Assembly: GCA_002269645.1 (NCBI GenBank)
Contig: NIVC01001258.1
Coordinates: 62,001-126,000 of the forward strand
Source of the DNA: Macrostomum lignano
Lineage: Eukaryota
Reading direction: 5' to 3'
DNA: 64,000 nucleotides
Position numbers and translations under genes: made by a program. Position 1 is the first letter of the stretch. Each line of letters begins with the position of its first letter. The notes under the pieces were generated by a model. It made no database searches, was not told the DNA's origin, and saw only the letters and a program-made list of their open reading frames with translations. This document shows, piece after piece, positions 1-11,949 of the stretch.

Positions 1-669
1 CCGCAGTTGCCGCTGGCGCCGACGACGCTGATGCGACAGGCGTCAGCAGCGGAGGCGGCCGCCGCGGGCAGGAGGCCGGCGGCGAGGCAGGCGGGCCGAG
101 CGGCAGCCAGGCCGCTGAGCATCTCGGAGGTGCGGCGGTCAAGCGGCAGCGAGTGGCGGCGACAGTCGAAAAACGCCCGACCGAGCGATGGCAGGATGGC
201 GGCGGTCAGGCGCTGGTCGGGCAGGTCGGGCCAGGACGGCAGCTGGGCGAGGGCGTCGGCCAGGGGAATCAGCTCGGACTCGACAGCGGCTGCAGGGTCT
301 GGGGAATGAGGAGGGGGCGACGGCGCCTTGACCGGGTTAGCGGCCAAGATCCCTATTCCCAAATCTACTCCCCGCTTCCCCAACCCATCTGATACCTGGC
401 ACCCTTATGGGCTGATCAGGTGCCTCATCAGAGGCAGCAGCTTCGCAAGCACCTCCACCATCAACAGCATCTTCCATCTGGCACTCTTCATCCGAATGGT
501 CAAGTGCGTCCATCAGCTGATCGCAGAACCGTCTATGGTCGATCTGGCAGCTACACGACTCCACTGAGCGTTGACTCGAAGCCGCAACCTTAATAAGCTG
601 ATCTTCATTATCATCAGCAGGCTGGCTGTCAATCACAATTACAATTGGTTCGTTGTCGGATTGCGCCAT
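1..669 (-). CDS. Unidentified protein, first two coding exons (gene continues past the left edge)
   Basis: Exon 669-396 (MAQSDNEP...PIRVP, donor ccag|gtatca), 97-nt intron, exon 298-<1 (acceptor ttccccag|). Phase 1 joins in frame to D-PAAAVESELIPLADALAQLPSWPDLPDQRL...; GC3-rich codons, no stop to the window edge. No family recognised. Confidence 0.6.
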
Positions 670-879
670 TTCATAACAGCTGAATAGAGTGCAGGTAGTA
701 ACTGCAGCAAATTCACGTTTTGAATATTAAATACCAACATCTTCGCTGACTATAGGTATGAAGATTGTTTAACCGTTTGCCTCTCGTGAATGTGTCTAAT
801 AAACTGCACGAACAGAAGACCAACTCGATAGAACCGGTAATCGATTATGACTTGGAATCGACTCGTGCGTGTACTCAAT

Positions 880-1125
880 TTAGACTCAGACTTGGACTCA
901 GGCTCAACTCCGACTCGATTCTGACTCACTCAGACCTCGGGCTCAACTCCGACTCGACTCTGACCCACTCAGACCTCAGACTCAACTCCGACTCGATTCT
1001 GACTCACTCAGACCTCAGACTCAATTCCGACTCGACTTAGACTGACTCTGACTCAGGCTTAACCTTGACTCGACTCTGACTCACTCAGACCTCGGGCTCA
1101 ACACCGACTCGACTCTGACTCACTC
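880..1125. repeat. 39-bp minisatellite, ~6 copies
   Basis: Unit ggctcaactccgactcgattctgactcactcagacctcg with minor variants. Confidence 0.9.
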
Positions 1126-1473
1126 GAGCTTAAACCACAGATACTAAACATATACTCGTAGTTCACTCAACACTATATTTAGCTCGTATGTGTCTATTTG
1201 ACTTGCTAATTATCTGATGCTAATGGATTAATTATAGATAATTACATTACTTTACATTACATTACATTGAATAATTGAATAGTGACTAATGAATAACTGT
1301 TTGCAGGTTTGAAACTGAACAGCAGATTAAGACTGGCTGGGAGGTCACGGACCCCAATGCCCCTTCAGCCTTGCTGAGGCCTTCGACAAGTGAATGATGA
1401 GGTGGCAGAGGTGCAGAGAGAGAGAGAGAGAGAGAGAAAGCCGGAGATTTACAGATCAAGATTTTCAGAAGTG

Positions 1474-1808
1474 TGTAAGCTATTCTGAATTGGGTCTGTA
1501 AGCGATTCTGAATTGGGTCTGTAAGCGATTCTGAATTGGGTCTGTAAGCGATTCTAAATTGGGTCTGTAAGCGATTCTGAATGGGGTCTGTAAGCGATTC
1601 TGAATTGGGTCTGTAAGCGATTCTGAATTGGGTCTGTAAGCGATTCTGAATTGGGTCTGTAAGCGATTCTGAATTGGGTCTGTAAGCGATTCTGAATTGG
1701 GTCTGTAAGCGATTCTGAATTGGGTCTGTAAGCGATTCTGAATTGGGTCTGTAAGCGATTCTGAATTGGGTCTGTAAGCGATTCTAAATGGGGTCTATAA
1801 GCGATTTG
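1474..1808. repeat. 23-bp minisatellite, ~14 copies
   Basis: Unit aagcgattctgaattgggtctgt, nearly homogeneous. Confidence 0.95.
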
Positions 1809-2195
1809 TAAGATAAGCCATACAGACATAACTCATCAAGCTTGGCATCAAATAAAAATAATCTCAATTGTCCAAGAAATTTTTTAAAAAGAAGCAAATG
1901 AATAAATAGCAATTGTACTCAGCAAAAGAGCATTAATTAAAAGCTTGTATATATATTTTAACGTGGCAATTAGTAGAGCGGTTACAACAAAAAGAATAGA
2001 ATTTTAATATATGACAGATATCATTAGACTAATGCATTATTTAGTCAGCCCCAATTGGTGCACTCGCTCAGTGCAGCAGCACTTGAAAGGGCATGTCTGG
2101 ATTATATTAGCGAATGAAAAAAAGAAATTGATTTAAAGAAAAGATTTTAAGTTTTAAAGAGGCCTTTTTAATAGGAAGCCTTGAAATGAGACAGG

Positions 2196-4088
2196 TCTCT
2201 GAAGGCGATTTCTCAAGCGGTGTCTGAGGGCGATTTGTGTCTGAGGGCGATTTCTCAAGCGGTGTCTGAGGGCGATTTCACAAGCGGTGTCTGAGGGCGA
2301 TTTCTCAACTGGTGTCTGAGGGCGATTTCTCAACTGGTGTCTGAGGGCGATTTCTCAACTGGTGTCTGAGGGCGATTTCTCAACTGGTGTCTGAGGGCGA
2401 TTTCTCAACTGGTGTCTGAGGGCGATTTCTCAACTGGTGTCTGAGGGCGATTTCTCAACTGGTGTCTGAGGGCGATTTCTCAACTGGTGTCTGAGGGCGA
2501 TTTCTCAACTGGTGTCTGAGGGCGATTTCACAAGCGGTGTCTGAGGGCGATTTCTCAACTGGTGTCTGAGGGCGATTTCTCAACTGGTGTCTGAGGGCGA
2601 TTTCTCAACTGGTGTCTGAGGGCGATTTCTCAACTGGTGTCTGAGGGCGATTTCTCAACTGGTGTCTGAGGGCGATTTCTCAACTGGTGTCTGAGGGCGA
2701 TTTCTCAACTGGTGTCTGAGGGCGATTTCTCAACTGGTGTCTGAGGGCGATTTCACAAGCGGTGTCTGAGGGCGATTTCTCAACTGGTGTCTGAGGGCGA
2801 TTTCTCAACTGGTGTCTGAGGGCGATTTCTCAACTGGTGTCTGAGGGCGATTTCTCAACTGGTGTCTGAGGGCGATTTCACAAGCGGTGTCTGAGGGCGA
2901 TTTCTCAACTGGTGTCTGAGGGCGATTTCTCAACTGGTGTCTGAGGGCGATTTCTCAACTGGTGTCTGAGGGCGATTTCTCAACTGGTGTCTGAGGGCGA
3001 TTTCTCAACTGGTGTCTGAGGTCGATTTCACAAGCGGTGTCTGAGGGCGATTTCTCAACTGGTGTCTGAGGGCGATTTCTCAACTGGTGTCTGAGGGCGA
3101 TTTCTCAACTGGTGTCTGAGGGCGATTTCTCAACTGGTGTCTGAGGGCGATTTCTCAACTGGTGTCTGAGGGCGATTTCTCAACTGGTGTCTGAGGGCGA
3201 TTTCTCAACTGGTGTCTGAGGGCGATTTCTCAACTGGTGTCTGAGGGCGATTTCTCAACTGGTGTCTGAGGGCGATTTCTCAACTGGTGTCTGAGGGCGA
3301 TTTCACAAGCGGTGTCTGAGGGCGATTTCTCAACTGGTGTCTGAGGGCGATTTCTCAACTGGTGTCTGAGGGCGATTTCTCAACTGGTGTCTGAGGGCGA
3401 TTTCTCAACTGGTGTCTGAGGGCGATTTCACAAGCGGTGTCTGAGGGCGATTTCTCAACTGGTGTCTGAGGGCGATTTCTCAACTGGTGTCTGAGGGCGA
3501 TTTCTCAACTGGTGTCTGAGGGCGATTTCTCAACTGGTGTCTGAGGGCGATTTCTCAACTGGTGTCTGAGGTCGATTTCACAAGCGGTGTCTGAGGGCGA
3601 TTTCTCAACTGGTGTCTGAGGGCGATTTCTCAACTGGTGTCTGAGGGCGATTTCTCAACTGGTGTCTGAGGGCGATTTCTCAACTGGTGTCTGAGGGCGA
3701 TTTCTCAACTGGTGTCTGAGGGCGATTTCTCAACTGGTGTCTGAGGGCGATTTCACAAGCGGTGTCTGAGGGCGATTTCTCAACTGGTGTCTGAGGGCGA
3801 TTTCTCAACTGGTGTCTGAGGGCGATTTCTCAACTGGTGTCTGAGGGCGATTTCTCAACTGGTGTCTGAGGGCGATTTCTCAACTGGTGTCTGAGGGCGA
3901 TTTCACAAGCGGTGTCTGAGGGCGATTTCTCAACTGGTGTCTGAGGGCGATTTCTCAACTGGTGTCTGAGGGCGATTTCTCAACTGGTGTCTGAGGGCGA
4001 TTTCTCAACTGGTGTCTGAGGGCGATTTCTCAACTGGTGTCTGAGGGCGATTTCACAAGCGGTGTCTGAGGGCGATTTCTCAACTGGT
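2196..4088. repeat. 25-bp minisatellite, ~75 copies, just 3' of the UCHL stop codon
   Basis: Unit ggtgtctgagggcgatttctcaact with an interspersed variant ending ttcacaagc. Confidence 0.97.
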
Positions 4089-4284
4089 CTGTGGGCAATT
4101 CCGTAAAAATATCCGAAGATAGTTCTCTTAGAATTTGCAAGTGTAAAACTTTCTGGCTTATTCCCTTGGAGGTTTGAACAAAGCAATGCAGTTTACTGAC
4201 ATGGAATCACCGTATTACAGATCTGGACAAAGCAGGTCATGCATAATCTTTAACAATTTCCGTTCGACAAAGAAGACGCCCAGT

Positions 4285-7200
4285 TCAAGAGAACATTGAC
4301 TCTCCTTCCGACAGGGCGATGACGCTAAAATGAACGTCGTCTTTTCCCTGCCGGTCGATGTACTTTTGCATAACCTTGGCGCTGTCAAGAAGGAATTGGT
4401 CTTCGCTGGTGGCCCCGTGACAGATGGGGCCGTTCCGTCTGCCGTCCATTTCCCACAGCCGGCCGGAGCGGTGAAGCAGGGCCACAAAGTGCAGATTGGT
4501 GCAAGTGTCCCGGCTGGGGGTCTCCGTCTGGCCCTCGCCTGCCGCCTCCTCGTGGGCCGAGGTCAGCGTCTGCAGAGGGTGGGCGATTCTCTATGGGCTG
4601 AAGGCGATTCTCTATGGACTGAGGGTGATTCTCTATGGGCTGAGCGTGATTCTCTATGGACTGAGCGATTCTCTATGGACTGAGGGCGATTCTCAATGGG
4701 CTGAGGGTGATTCTCAATGGGCTGAGGGTGATTCTCAATGGGCTGAGGGTGATTCTCAATGGGCTGAGGGTGATTCTCAATGGGCTGAGGGTGATTCTCA
4801 ATGGGCTGAGCGTGATTCTCTATGGACTGAGGGTGATTCTCTATGGGCTGAGCGTGATTCTCTATGGACTGAGGGCGATTCTCTATGGACTGAGGGCGAT
4901 TTTCTATGGGCTGAGGGTGATTCTCGATGGGCTGAGGGTGATTCTCAATGGGCTGAGGGTGATTCTCAATGGGCTGAGCGTGATTCTCTATGGACTGAGG
5001 GTGATTCTCTATGGGCTGAGCGTGATTCTCTATGGACTGAGGGCGATTCTCTATGGACTGAGGGCGATTTTCTATGGGCTAAGGACGATTTTCTATGGGC
5101 TGAGGACGATTTTCTATGGGCTGAGGGCGATTCTCTATGGGCTGAGGGTGATTCTCTATGGGCTGAGGGCGATTCTCTATGGGCTGAGGGTGATTCTATA
5201 TGTGGATTGTGGGCGATTCTCTATGGATTGAGGGCGACTCTCTATGAACTGAGTGCTATTCTCTATGGACTGACGGGCGATTCTCCATGGACTGAGTGCG
5301 ATTCTGTATAGATTGAGGGCGATTCTCTATGGGGATTGAGGGTGACTCTTTATGGGAATTGAGGGCGATTCTTTATGAAGATAAAGGGCGATTTTCTATG
5401 GGAATTGAGGGCGATTTTCTTTTGGGATTAAGGGCGATACTCCTCGGGTATTGAGGGCGATTCTCAATGGATAAGCGTGATATCGTCAAATTATTTCCCG
5501 CAACTTTTCAATCTACGCCGCAACTCACCTCGTCCTCGGCCATGAGCTTGGCCCGGGTCTCCGGTGTGCAGCTCGCATCCGAGGACTTGTTGAAGAAATT
5601 CAGCAGAGAGGAACCCTCTGCAAAAGAAGATTAGTTGACAAACAATTGCCGCTTAAAAACTTTCTATTTTGCATTAAATAAAGAAATGGGTTTTCTACCT
5701 TTTAGCTTCAATTTCTCCAAGTTATTGCCAATGGTGTGCAGCATGGCCACAGTGCCGCAGGCATTGCTAACAGTCTGCTTCATAAAGTACACATCGTCCG
5801 ACTTCTCCAGCTGCTCTCCAAATGGTTCAGCCTCGGACTCGGGCGTGATTGGATAAATAAAAACCAGGCCAGCAACTGGCTGGGGCACCATAGCGAGCAC
5901 ATCTGAGTCCAGTGAGAACACATCAATGAAGTTCCAGTTGGATGGCAGGCCAAGATTGTGAGCATATTTGTTTAGCACCTGGTTTTAAAGATTCAGAATT
6001 TGTTTGAAGTTATATTTACTGTATTAATATAATAACAGTAGGCTCATTCCATATAAGCATGGTCGTAACATGACAGGTTATTTTTACTTATAAAATGAAA
6101 TCTAATAATAGAATATACTAAACCAATATTTTAAATGAAAGATTATTTTGTCTAGAATATATTTATAGAGTTTCATATAGATATCATCATTAGTATAAAT
6201 GCTATTAAACCTTAAATGACACTTATGGTCGTAACGACAGGATTTTTGACATATAGAAACTAAAAGGTAAAAGTCTTATAACATTTTTCATTTTTGATAT
6301 TTTGCAATACATTTTTAAAATTTGACTAAGAACATCTTTAGAAATCATACTCTTTTATTAGAATATATAAACTCAAAAGGCAACAAAGATACAAAAGAAA
6401 AGGCAGCCTTATGGTCGTAACATTATGGTCGTAACATATTTTTTTCTGTCAATTCAGTAACTTTGAGGTACTAATACATTAAAAATATAATAGATTATTT
6501 GGTCACCAATGCTTTTATCTGATGATGCAAGTACTATACTTTTATCTATAGTTTGTTTCAACCTTCAAAAGCTTTCTATTTGTTTTTAAAAGGTACAAAA
6601 TCTTAATGATGTCTTTTGCTTCGAAAAATGTCCAAATTTTTACAAAAATGACTTTTTGCCAATTGATAACATACTAATCCAACATTTTACCATTCCTTTA
6701 TTCTTAGATTGTATATATTGCACAATATAAACATTTGGTAAAAAAATAGGCTAATTAGGCAATGGCAAGCAAAAATATTGACTTTTTTCTATTTTCCAAA
6801 TATGTCCATCTTATATGGAATGAGCCAGTAGTAGTAATTGATTACCAGCTTGCTCAGCAGTATAGGCCTCCAAACTGCCACTCTTGTGGTTGAGATCAAG
6901 ACCAAGACAATAACACTAGCCAGGGATACTTTAGCTAAAGCCCATTACAACACCCACCTAGCAAGAAGAGAAGGATATGCATTTGGCCACCATTGACACC
7001 TAACATAAGGATAGGAGACTATCCAGTTATTTTGCAATCCATGTTGGACAATGGCTTCAACAACGACTTGGTAGCAGAAGCTCCAGCTGCAACTGGAGTT
7101 GACACCGATTACTTCAATAAGGACTTGGTGGTAGAAGCTCCAGCTGCAGCTGGAGTTGACATTGATGACTTCAACAAGGACTTGGCAGCAAAAGCTGGAG

Positions 7201-8673
7201 CTGATGACTTCAATAATGACTTGGCAGCAGAAGCTCTGGATGCTGACTTCAATGACGCAGTTGACAACATTGTATTACTTTGCAATGCAATCCCCCAGAA
7301 AGACAATCATCATTAGCCATACCAGAATTTGAAATTTTCGAAGGAGGATTGAAGCGAGGAAAGGACATCCTTGTTGTTGATGGAATGTATGCATTTGTGG
7401 AATCCAATTACCAGGTGTTGAGCACTGGACAGTCAATCACCTATTGGTAATACTCTGTAAGAAGATGCAAGGCAACTGCATAACAAGAAGGCAACCAATG
7501 CAAAAAAAAGGCACGAATACCACAACTACCAGCCTAAAAGTTGACCTGCTAAGTGCCACTGCCTGGCGCAATAGATTCTCAACCGAGCTGAGTGCTAGGC
7601 TGGCAGTCAAACTACACAGTAGCTTTTGCATACTTGTAGCCCAGTGTGCAGATCATGTACCCGTGTACGCCAGAAAAAATTCGGGCGTCAAGGACTTTGT
7701 ACGCCAGTGTACGCCAAAAACAAAAAGTTGCACTAAAATGTACACCAAAAATTCCTAAAAAAAGGTCATTCGGTTTTCACGAGTAGAGTTTTCTAGGAAA
7801 GGCTTTGGTATGAAAAGTGTCTTTAAAATATTACGAATATTTTCAATTTAAACAAACTTAAATAATACCTAAAAAAATATTATGCAAAATTATTACTTTC
7901 AGCAAAATTTTACACAAATTTTATTTTTTTTAACTTAAAATAAGCAAAAAGTTTATCACTGACGATATAAATTTTCCTTTACTTTACGTAAAAACGTTAA
8001 TTTACATTACAATTTCCATGCACGGCATGAATTTATTCACCAAAATTTGTACGCCAGAAAAGTATGCGTGGCTGTGTTACTTGTGTACGCCAATAGTGTA
8101 CGCCAACAAAGTGCGCCAGGGGTTGTGTACGCCGATTGTGTATGCCAAGGACTTAGGATGGTCGTTTTGTACGCGGGAAAAGTTCCGGCGTACATGCATA
8201 CCATCCACAACCTGGCTTGTAGCCACCTCAACATGGTGCGAGACATAGATGGGGTCTTGGAAAAATCTTAACATCTATATTTTAATATTCAATATTCAAC
8301 ATTCTAAATTTTTCCTTATTTAAACATTTCATATTTTAGCACTTAACATTTCATCTCTGTATTAATATATTTCAATATTTGTTCATTTTATTTATTTGTT
8401 TGTTATTTATTTATTTAGCAAAACAATTTTCAATGAAACAACTTGCTTTTGGTGAATTGACTTTTGGTGAATCAACTTTTGGCAAATTTACTTGCTACCC
8501 CATAGGCTTAGGGGATAGGCCTATGTGGCCAACAGGCTATTGAATAATATGCCTATTGAAAAAGTGGAACATTTTCCTAAATTCCTAATTTAAAAAAATA
8601 ATGAAAATTATAATTCAATAGCAATTAAGCCTACCTCAGGATTTGATTCCAATGGAATCCATTGCATTGCCAT
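4285..8673 (-). CDS. UCHL3: Ubiquitin C-terminal hydrolase, UCH-L3/L1 family (peptidase C12), ~230 aa, 4 exons
   Basis: Exons 8673-8635 (MAMQWIPLESNPE|gtagg), 5978-5699, 5617-5529, 4569-4285. All introns GT-AG with matching phases; total 693 nt. Catalytic motifs MKQTVSNACGT, LHFVAL and EMDGRR are intact. The L3 versus L1 assignment is not resolved. Confidence 0.93.
4578..5470. repeat. 21-bp minisatellite filling UCHL intron 3
   Basis: Unit gggctgagggcgattctctat; degenerate toward 5470; runs to within ~10 nt of the acceptor at 4570. Confidence 0.95.
6041..6826. mobile_element. MITE (non-autonomous DNA transposon) in UCHL intron 1
   Basis: Perfect 17-bp TIR ggctcattccatataag (6041-6057) / cttatatggaatgagcc (6810-6826), flanked by direct agta (6037-6040, 6827-6830). 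AT-rich interior with repeated tatggtcgtaac. Confidence 0.8.
6993..7535 (+). pseudogene. Decayed ORF: acidic repeat region followed by a FLYWCH-like zinc finger (probably Mutator-derived)
   Basis: DFNKDLAAEA-type repeats, then with a frameshift EFEIFEGGLKRGKDILVVDGMYAFV...ITYW*YSVRRCKATA*QEG..(fs)..HEYHNYQP. This matches the F..L..Y..WxC..C..HxH pattern with stops and frameshifts. Confidence 0.5.
7651..8200. mobile_element. Possible MITE with repeated tgtacgcca subterminal motifs
   Basis: About 10 copies of tgtacgcca-like motifs clustered at 7655-7750 and 8048-8195 around an AT-rich core; weak inverted ends catgtac / gtacatg; no TSD established. Confidence 0.35.
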
Positions 8674-10074
8674 GGTGATTGCTTAGATTAGAAATAAAAT
8701 AATGACTATTAGTCTAGCTAGGCCTAGTCTCGGACTCCGGACTTAACCTGAGTTTGTTATATGTGTTTCGTTATTTTTATATTTCTATTCTAAGAGAGAG
8801 CTAAGCCTTATACAAAAAAATATTGGCCTAATAGCAATACCACTGATACCGCCGTTTAATTTTTTTGTGGTTAGCCTAACGAATCAATTTCTTCCCTTAC
8901 CGAGCTGTCTTATTACTATTAACGCGTTGATTCAAGATTCTGTGTTATTAATAACGCCTCGCCTCGCCTCACTGATTCTTAGAAAACCGAAAGTTAGGCC
9001 GTAGAAGGTACCTAGACAGAACAAAGCGATTTGGAACAATAAGCAACAATATTTTATAAGCAAAAAAGTTTTTTGTCTCATTAGACATAAAAGACTGACT
9101 GCTTCAACAATTTAATTTAGGCTATTTATGAGCGCATGGGATTTTTAAATCATATTTTCAAGGAAACTAGTCATAGGCCTATCTACATAACCTAGGCCTA
9201 TAAGATTTTCTAGGAAGAGAAAAAGAGAGAAAGCAGAATGTCTTTAATTAATAGAACTGTAGGCAAGTTAGGCAATAGGCAAGCTAAGTCAGAATAGAAT
9301 ACATGTTAATACAGAAATATATTAGTTGCTCTGTAAAGCTTAAAATTAATGGTAAAGTGCCAGGCAAATGTCAAGACTAAGGTCAACTGGTCAAGGAGGT
9401 CATAATAAATTGATACCAGTAAAGTCTAGGCTAGGCCTATATGCTAGCTTACCCCATTACTTTTCTAGCTGCCCTTGCTACCTTAGTTATATCTATATTC
9501 TTAGACAAAGCAAATTTATTTACTATGTATAAAGAGCCTAACTTCTCATTGATCAGCAATTTAAACTAGGCCTAAAAAGCCTTAAGTTGGCCTAGTAAAA
9601 CTAGAAAACATTGCTTTTATTTTTTTCTATTATTTTAGTAATGGCAAAAGAGTTTGCTAAAATCAATTGCATAGCAATAGGCCCCTAGGGCCTAGGCCTA
9701 CCAATATATATGAACAACTTCAACAACCTTATTACCTTAGACCTCCTATATTTATATAATATAAAAAGCTGTTGAAACCCGTGGATTTTGAACCCGGGGA
9801 ATTCTGATTCCAGGAAATATTTGTGCATGTGCTCTGAGATCTGAGGCCATACTCAAACAAAAACTTGTTAATGGTTAGTAGGATAGAGTAAACATAAAAT
9901 GGAGTACATTCGTATAAAATTAGGATTTGAGGCAAACATTTGATATTGTTGGCTGGGGTATGTGCTGCGCAGAATGTCGAGAAATGTCCATCTGACTCTA
10001 AAACATGTATTGGCAAACTCTGGCCTCTGCCTCTGACTCTCCATACGTACCTTGGATTGATTGCAACTTGTATC

Positions 10075-10163
10075 TTCTCTTCTGTTTCCTCTCTTCTCTC
10101 TCGTCCCTCATCTCCCCTTTCTTCTCTTTCTCCTCTCCTCTCTCCCTCTTTGCTCTCTGCTCT

Positions 10164-10226
<63 letters not shown>

Positions 10227-11280
10227 TCTCTCCTCTCCCATCTCTCTTCTCCTCTCTACTCTCTCCCCTCTTCATTCTCCTCTTTCCTCTTCTCTCTCCT
10301 CACTCACTTCTCTCTCCCTGTCTCTCCTCTTTTCTCTAGTCTCTGTAATCTCTTCTCTCTTATCTCTCCTCTGTTCTCTCTACTCTCCCGTCTCTCGTCT
10401 GTTCACCCTGATCTCTGCCCTCTCATCTTTACTCTCTTTTACGTTCTCTCACTTATCTCCTCTGTACTCTTTTCTTTCACCTCTTCTGACTCCTCTCTTT
10501 CCTTTCTCCTTTCTCCTCTTCTCTTCTCTTCTCTTCCCCCCTCTATACTCTCTCCCTCTCTTGTCTTCTCTCTTCTCTCTCCACTCTCTCCTCCTTTATC
10601 TCTCTTATCTCACTTCTCATCTCTCCTTCGTCTGTTCACTCTCATCTTTGCTCTCTCACCCCCTCGCTCTTCTGTCATCTTTACTCTCCTCTTTCCTGTG
10701 TACTCTTTTTCTTTCCCCTCTTCTGACTCCTCTCTTCTTTTCTCTTCCCTCTTCTATACTCTCTCCTCTATTATCTTCTCTCATCTCTCTGCACTCTCCT
10801 CTCACCTTTTTAATCTCTCATCTTTACTCTCTCATCTCTCCTTTCATCTGTCTCATCTCTACAATCTCATCTCTTTCCTCTCTCCTCCTCTTCCCTTTAC
10901 TCTATCATCTCTCCTTTCTCCTCTCTTCTTTCTCAACTCTCTCTCTCTCTCTCTCTTATCTCTTATCTCTTATCTCCTCTTCTCACTCCTCTCTCTCCCC
11001 CTCTCTCCCCCTCTTATCTCCTCTCTTCTCTATCCTTTCAAATCTCTCCTCTCAATCCTCTCTCATCTGTTCTCTCATCTCTTCTCACTCTTCTCTACTC
11101 TCCTCTCTGATCGATTCTGTCTTATCTCTCATCCTTCTTCTTCTTCATTCTTCATCCCATATTCTCTGCTCTCTCCTCAACCCCCTCGTCTCTCCTATTA
11201 TCTTCTATCTTTTCTCTTATCCCCCTCTCGCCCCTCCTCCCTCTCTAATAGTCTATTCCTTTTCCTTTTCATTCTCATCT
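10075..11280. repeat. ~1.2-kb polypyrimidine (CT-rich) low-complexity tract
   Basis: Plus strand almost entirely C/T; pure (CT)n core at ~10165-10222; no fixed unit elsewhere. Confidence 0.9.
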
Positions 11281-11949
11281 GGCCCGCAGCCATGAGCTGG
11301 ATTCTTCATCTGGCCTTTGAGATAAAAATCTGCCGATCCCTGCTTCGAAAGTACTATCATGGGACATAGTACTATCATGGTTTTTATCATTTCTCATGCT
11401 TTAATCATGTCATCTTTCTGGCCAATTAGCAGTCCTGAGAGGAATTTGTGTATCTCCATTCTCCAGCTCCACTACCACAGTCTGCAGCAGTATAACAACC
11501 AAGACAATACGCATTTCTTAGGAGGCCATTTAAATTTTAAAGTACCTTATGCGAATCTTAATGTTAAAATTTTCATGGTGTAACTAATTTAGTAGGATAA
11601 TAGGATTGCATTGTAATCAGTTATTCATTAATTTTTCGCTATTTTTACAAACCCTCCCACATCGCCTTGATTTGCCATCCTTGTTTAACTGCTGCAACTT
11701 GTCTATACAGAGGACAGTTTGAATCTCTCGCTAAACTCTCTCCTCTCTATGCCTCTCCACGCGTGGGGGTACAGAGAAGGCTGTTAAAAAGTTATTCCAA
11801 AACACTGTACATTCGCTATGTACATTGAGCCCTATCGCCTGATCCTTCGTCTAGGGGAATGAGTTGGATAAGCGGCAAACAACAAAAAAAGCAGACAGAC
11901 TTCACATGCCTACAGTTTCTGTTCTGATTGAGATACAGAGTTGAGACTT

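Noticed and set aside
2196-4088. CRISPR-like regularity of 25-42-bp repeats here and elsewhere
   Set aside because: Units are head-to-tail with no unique spacers, there are no cas genes, and the context is eukaryotic.
4496-5311. 271-aa and 174-aa repetitive ORFs
   Set aside because: 21-bp intronic array, antisense to UCHL.
10003-11342. hAT-like ends (catgtattggcaaact / tgccgatccctg) around the CT tract
   Set aside because: Only 11/16 TIR identity and 5/8 match of the would-be TSD; insufficient.
9940-11369. Two ~450-aa Leu/Ser-rich ORFs
   Set aside because: CT low-complexity DNA cannot form stop codons easily; no domain or splice support.
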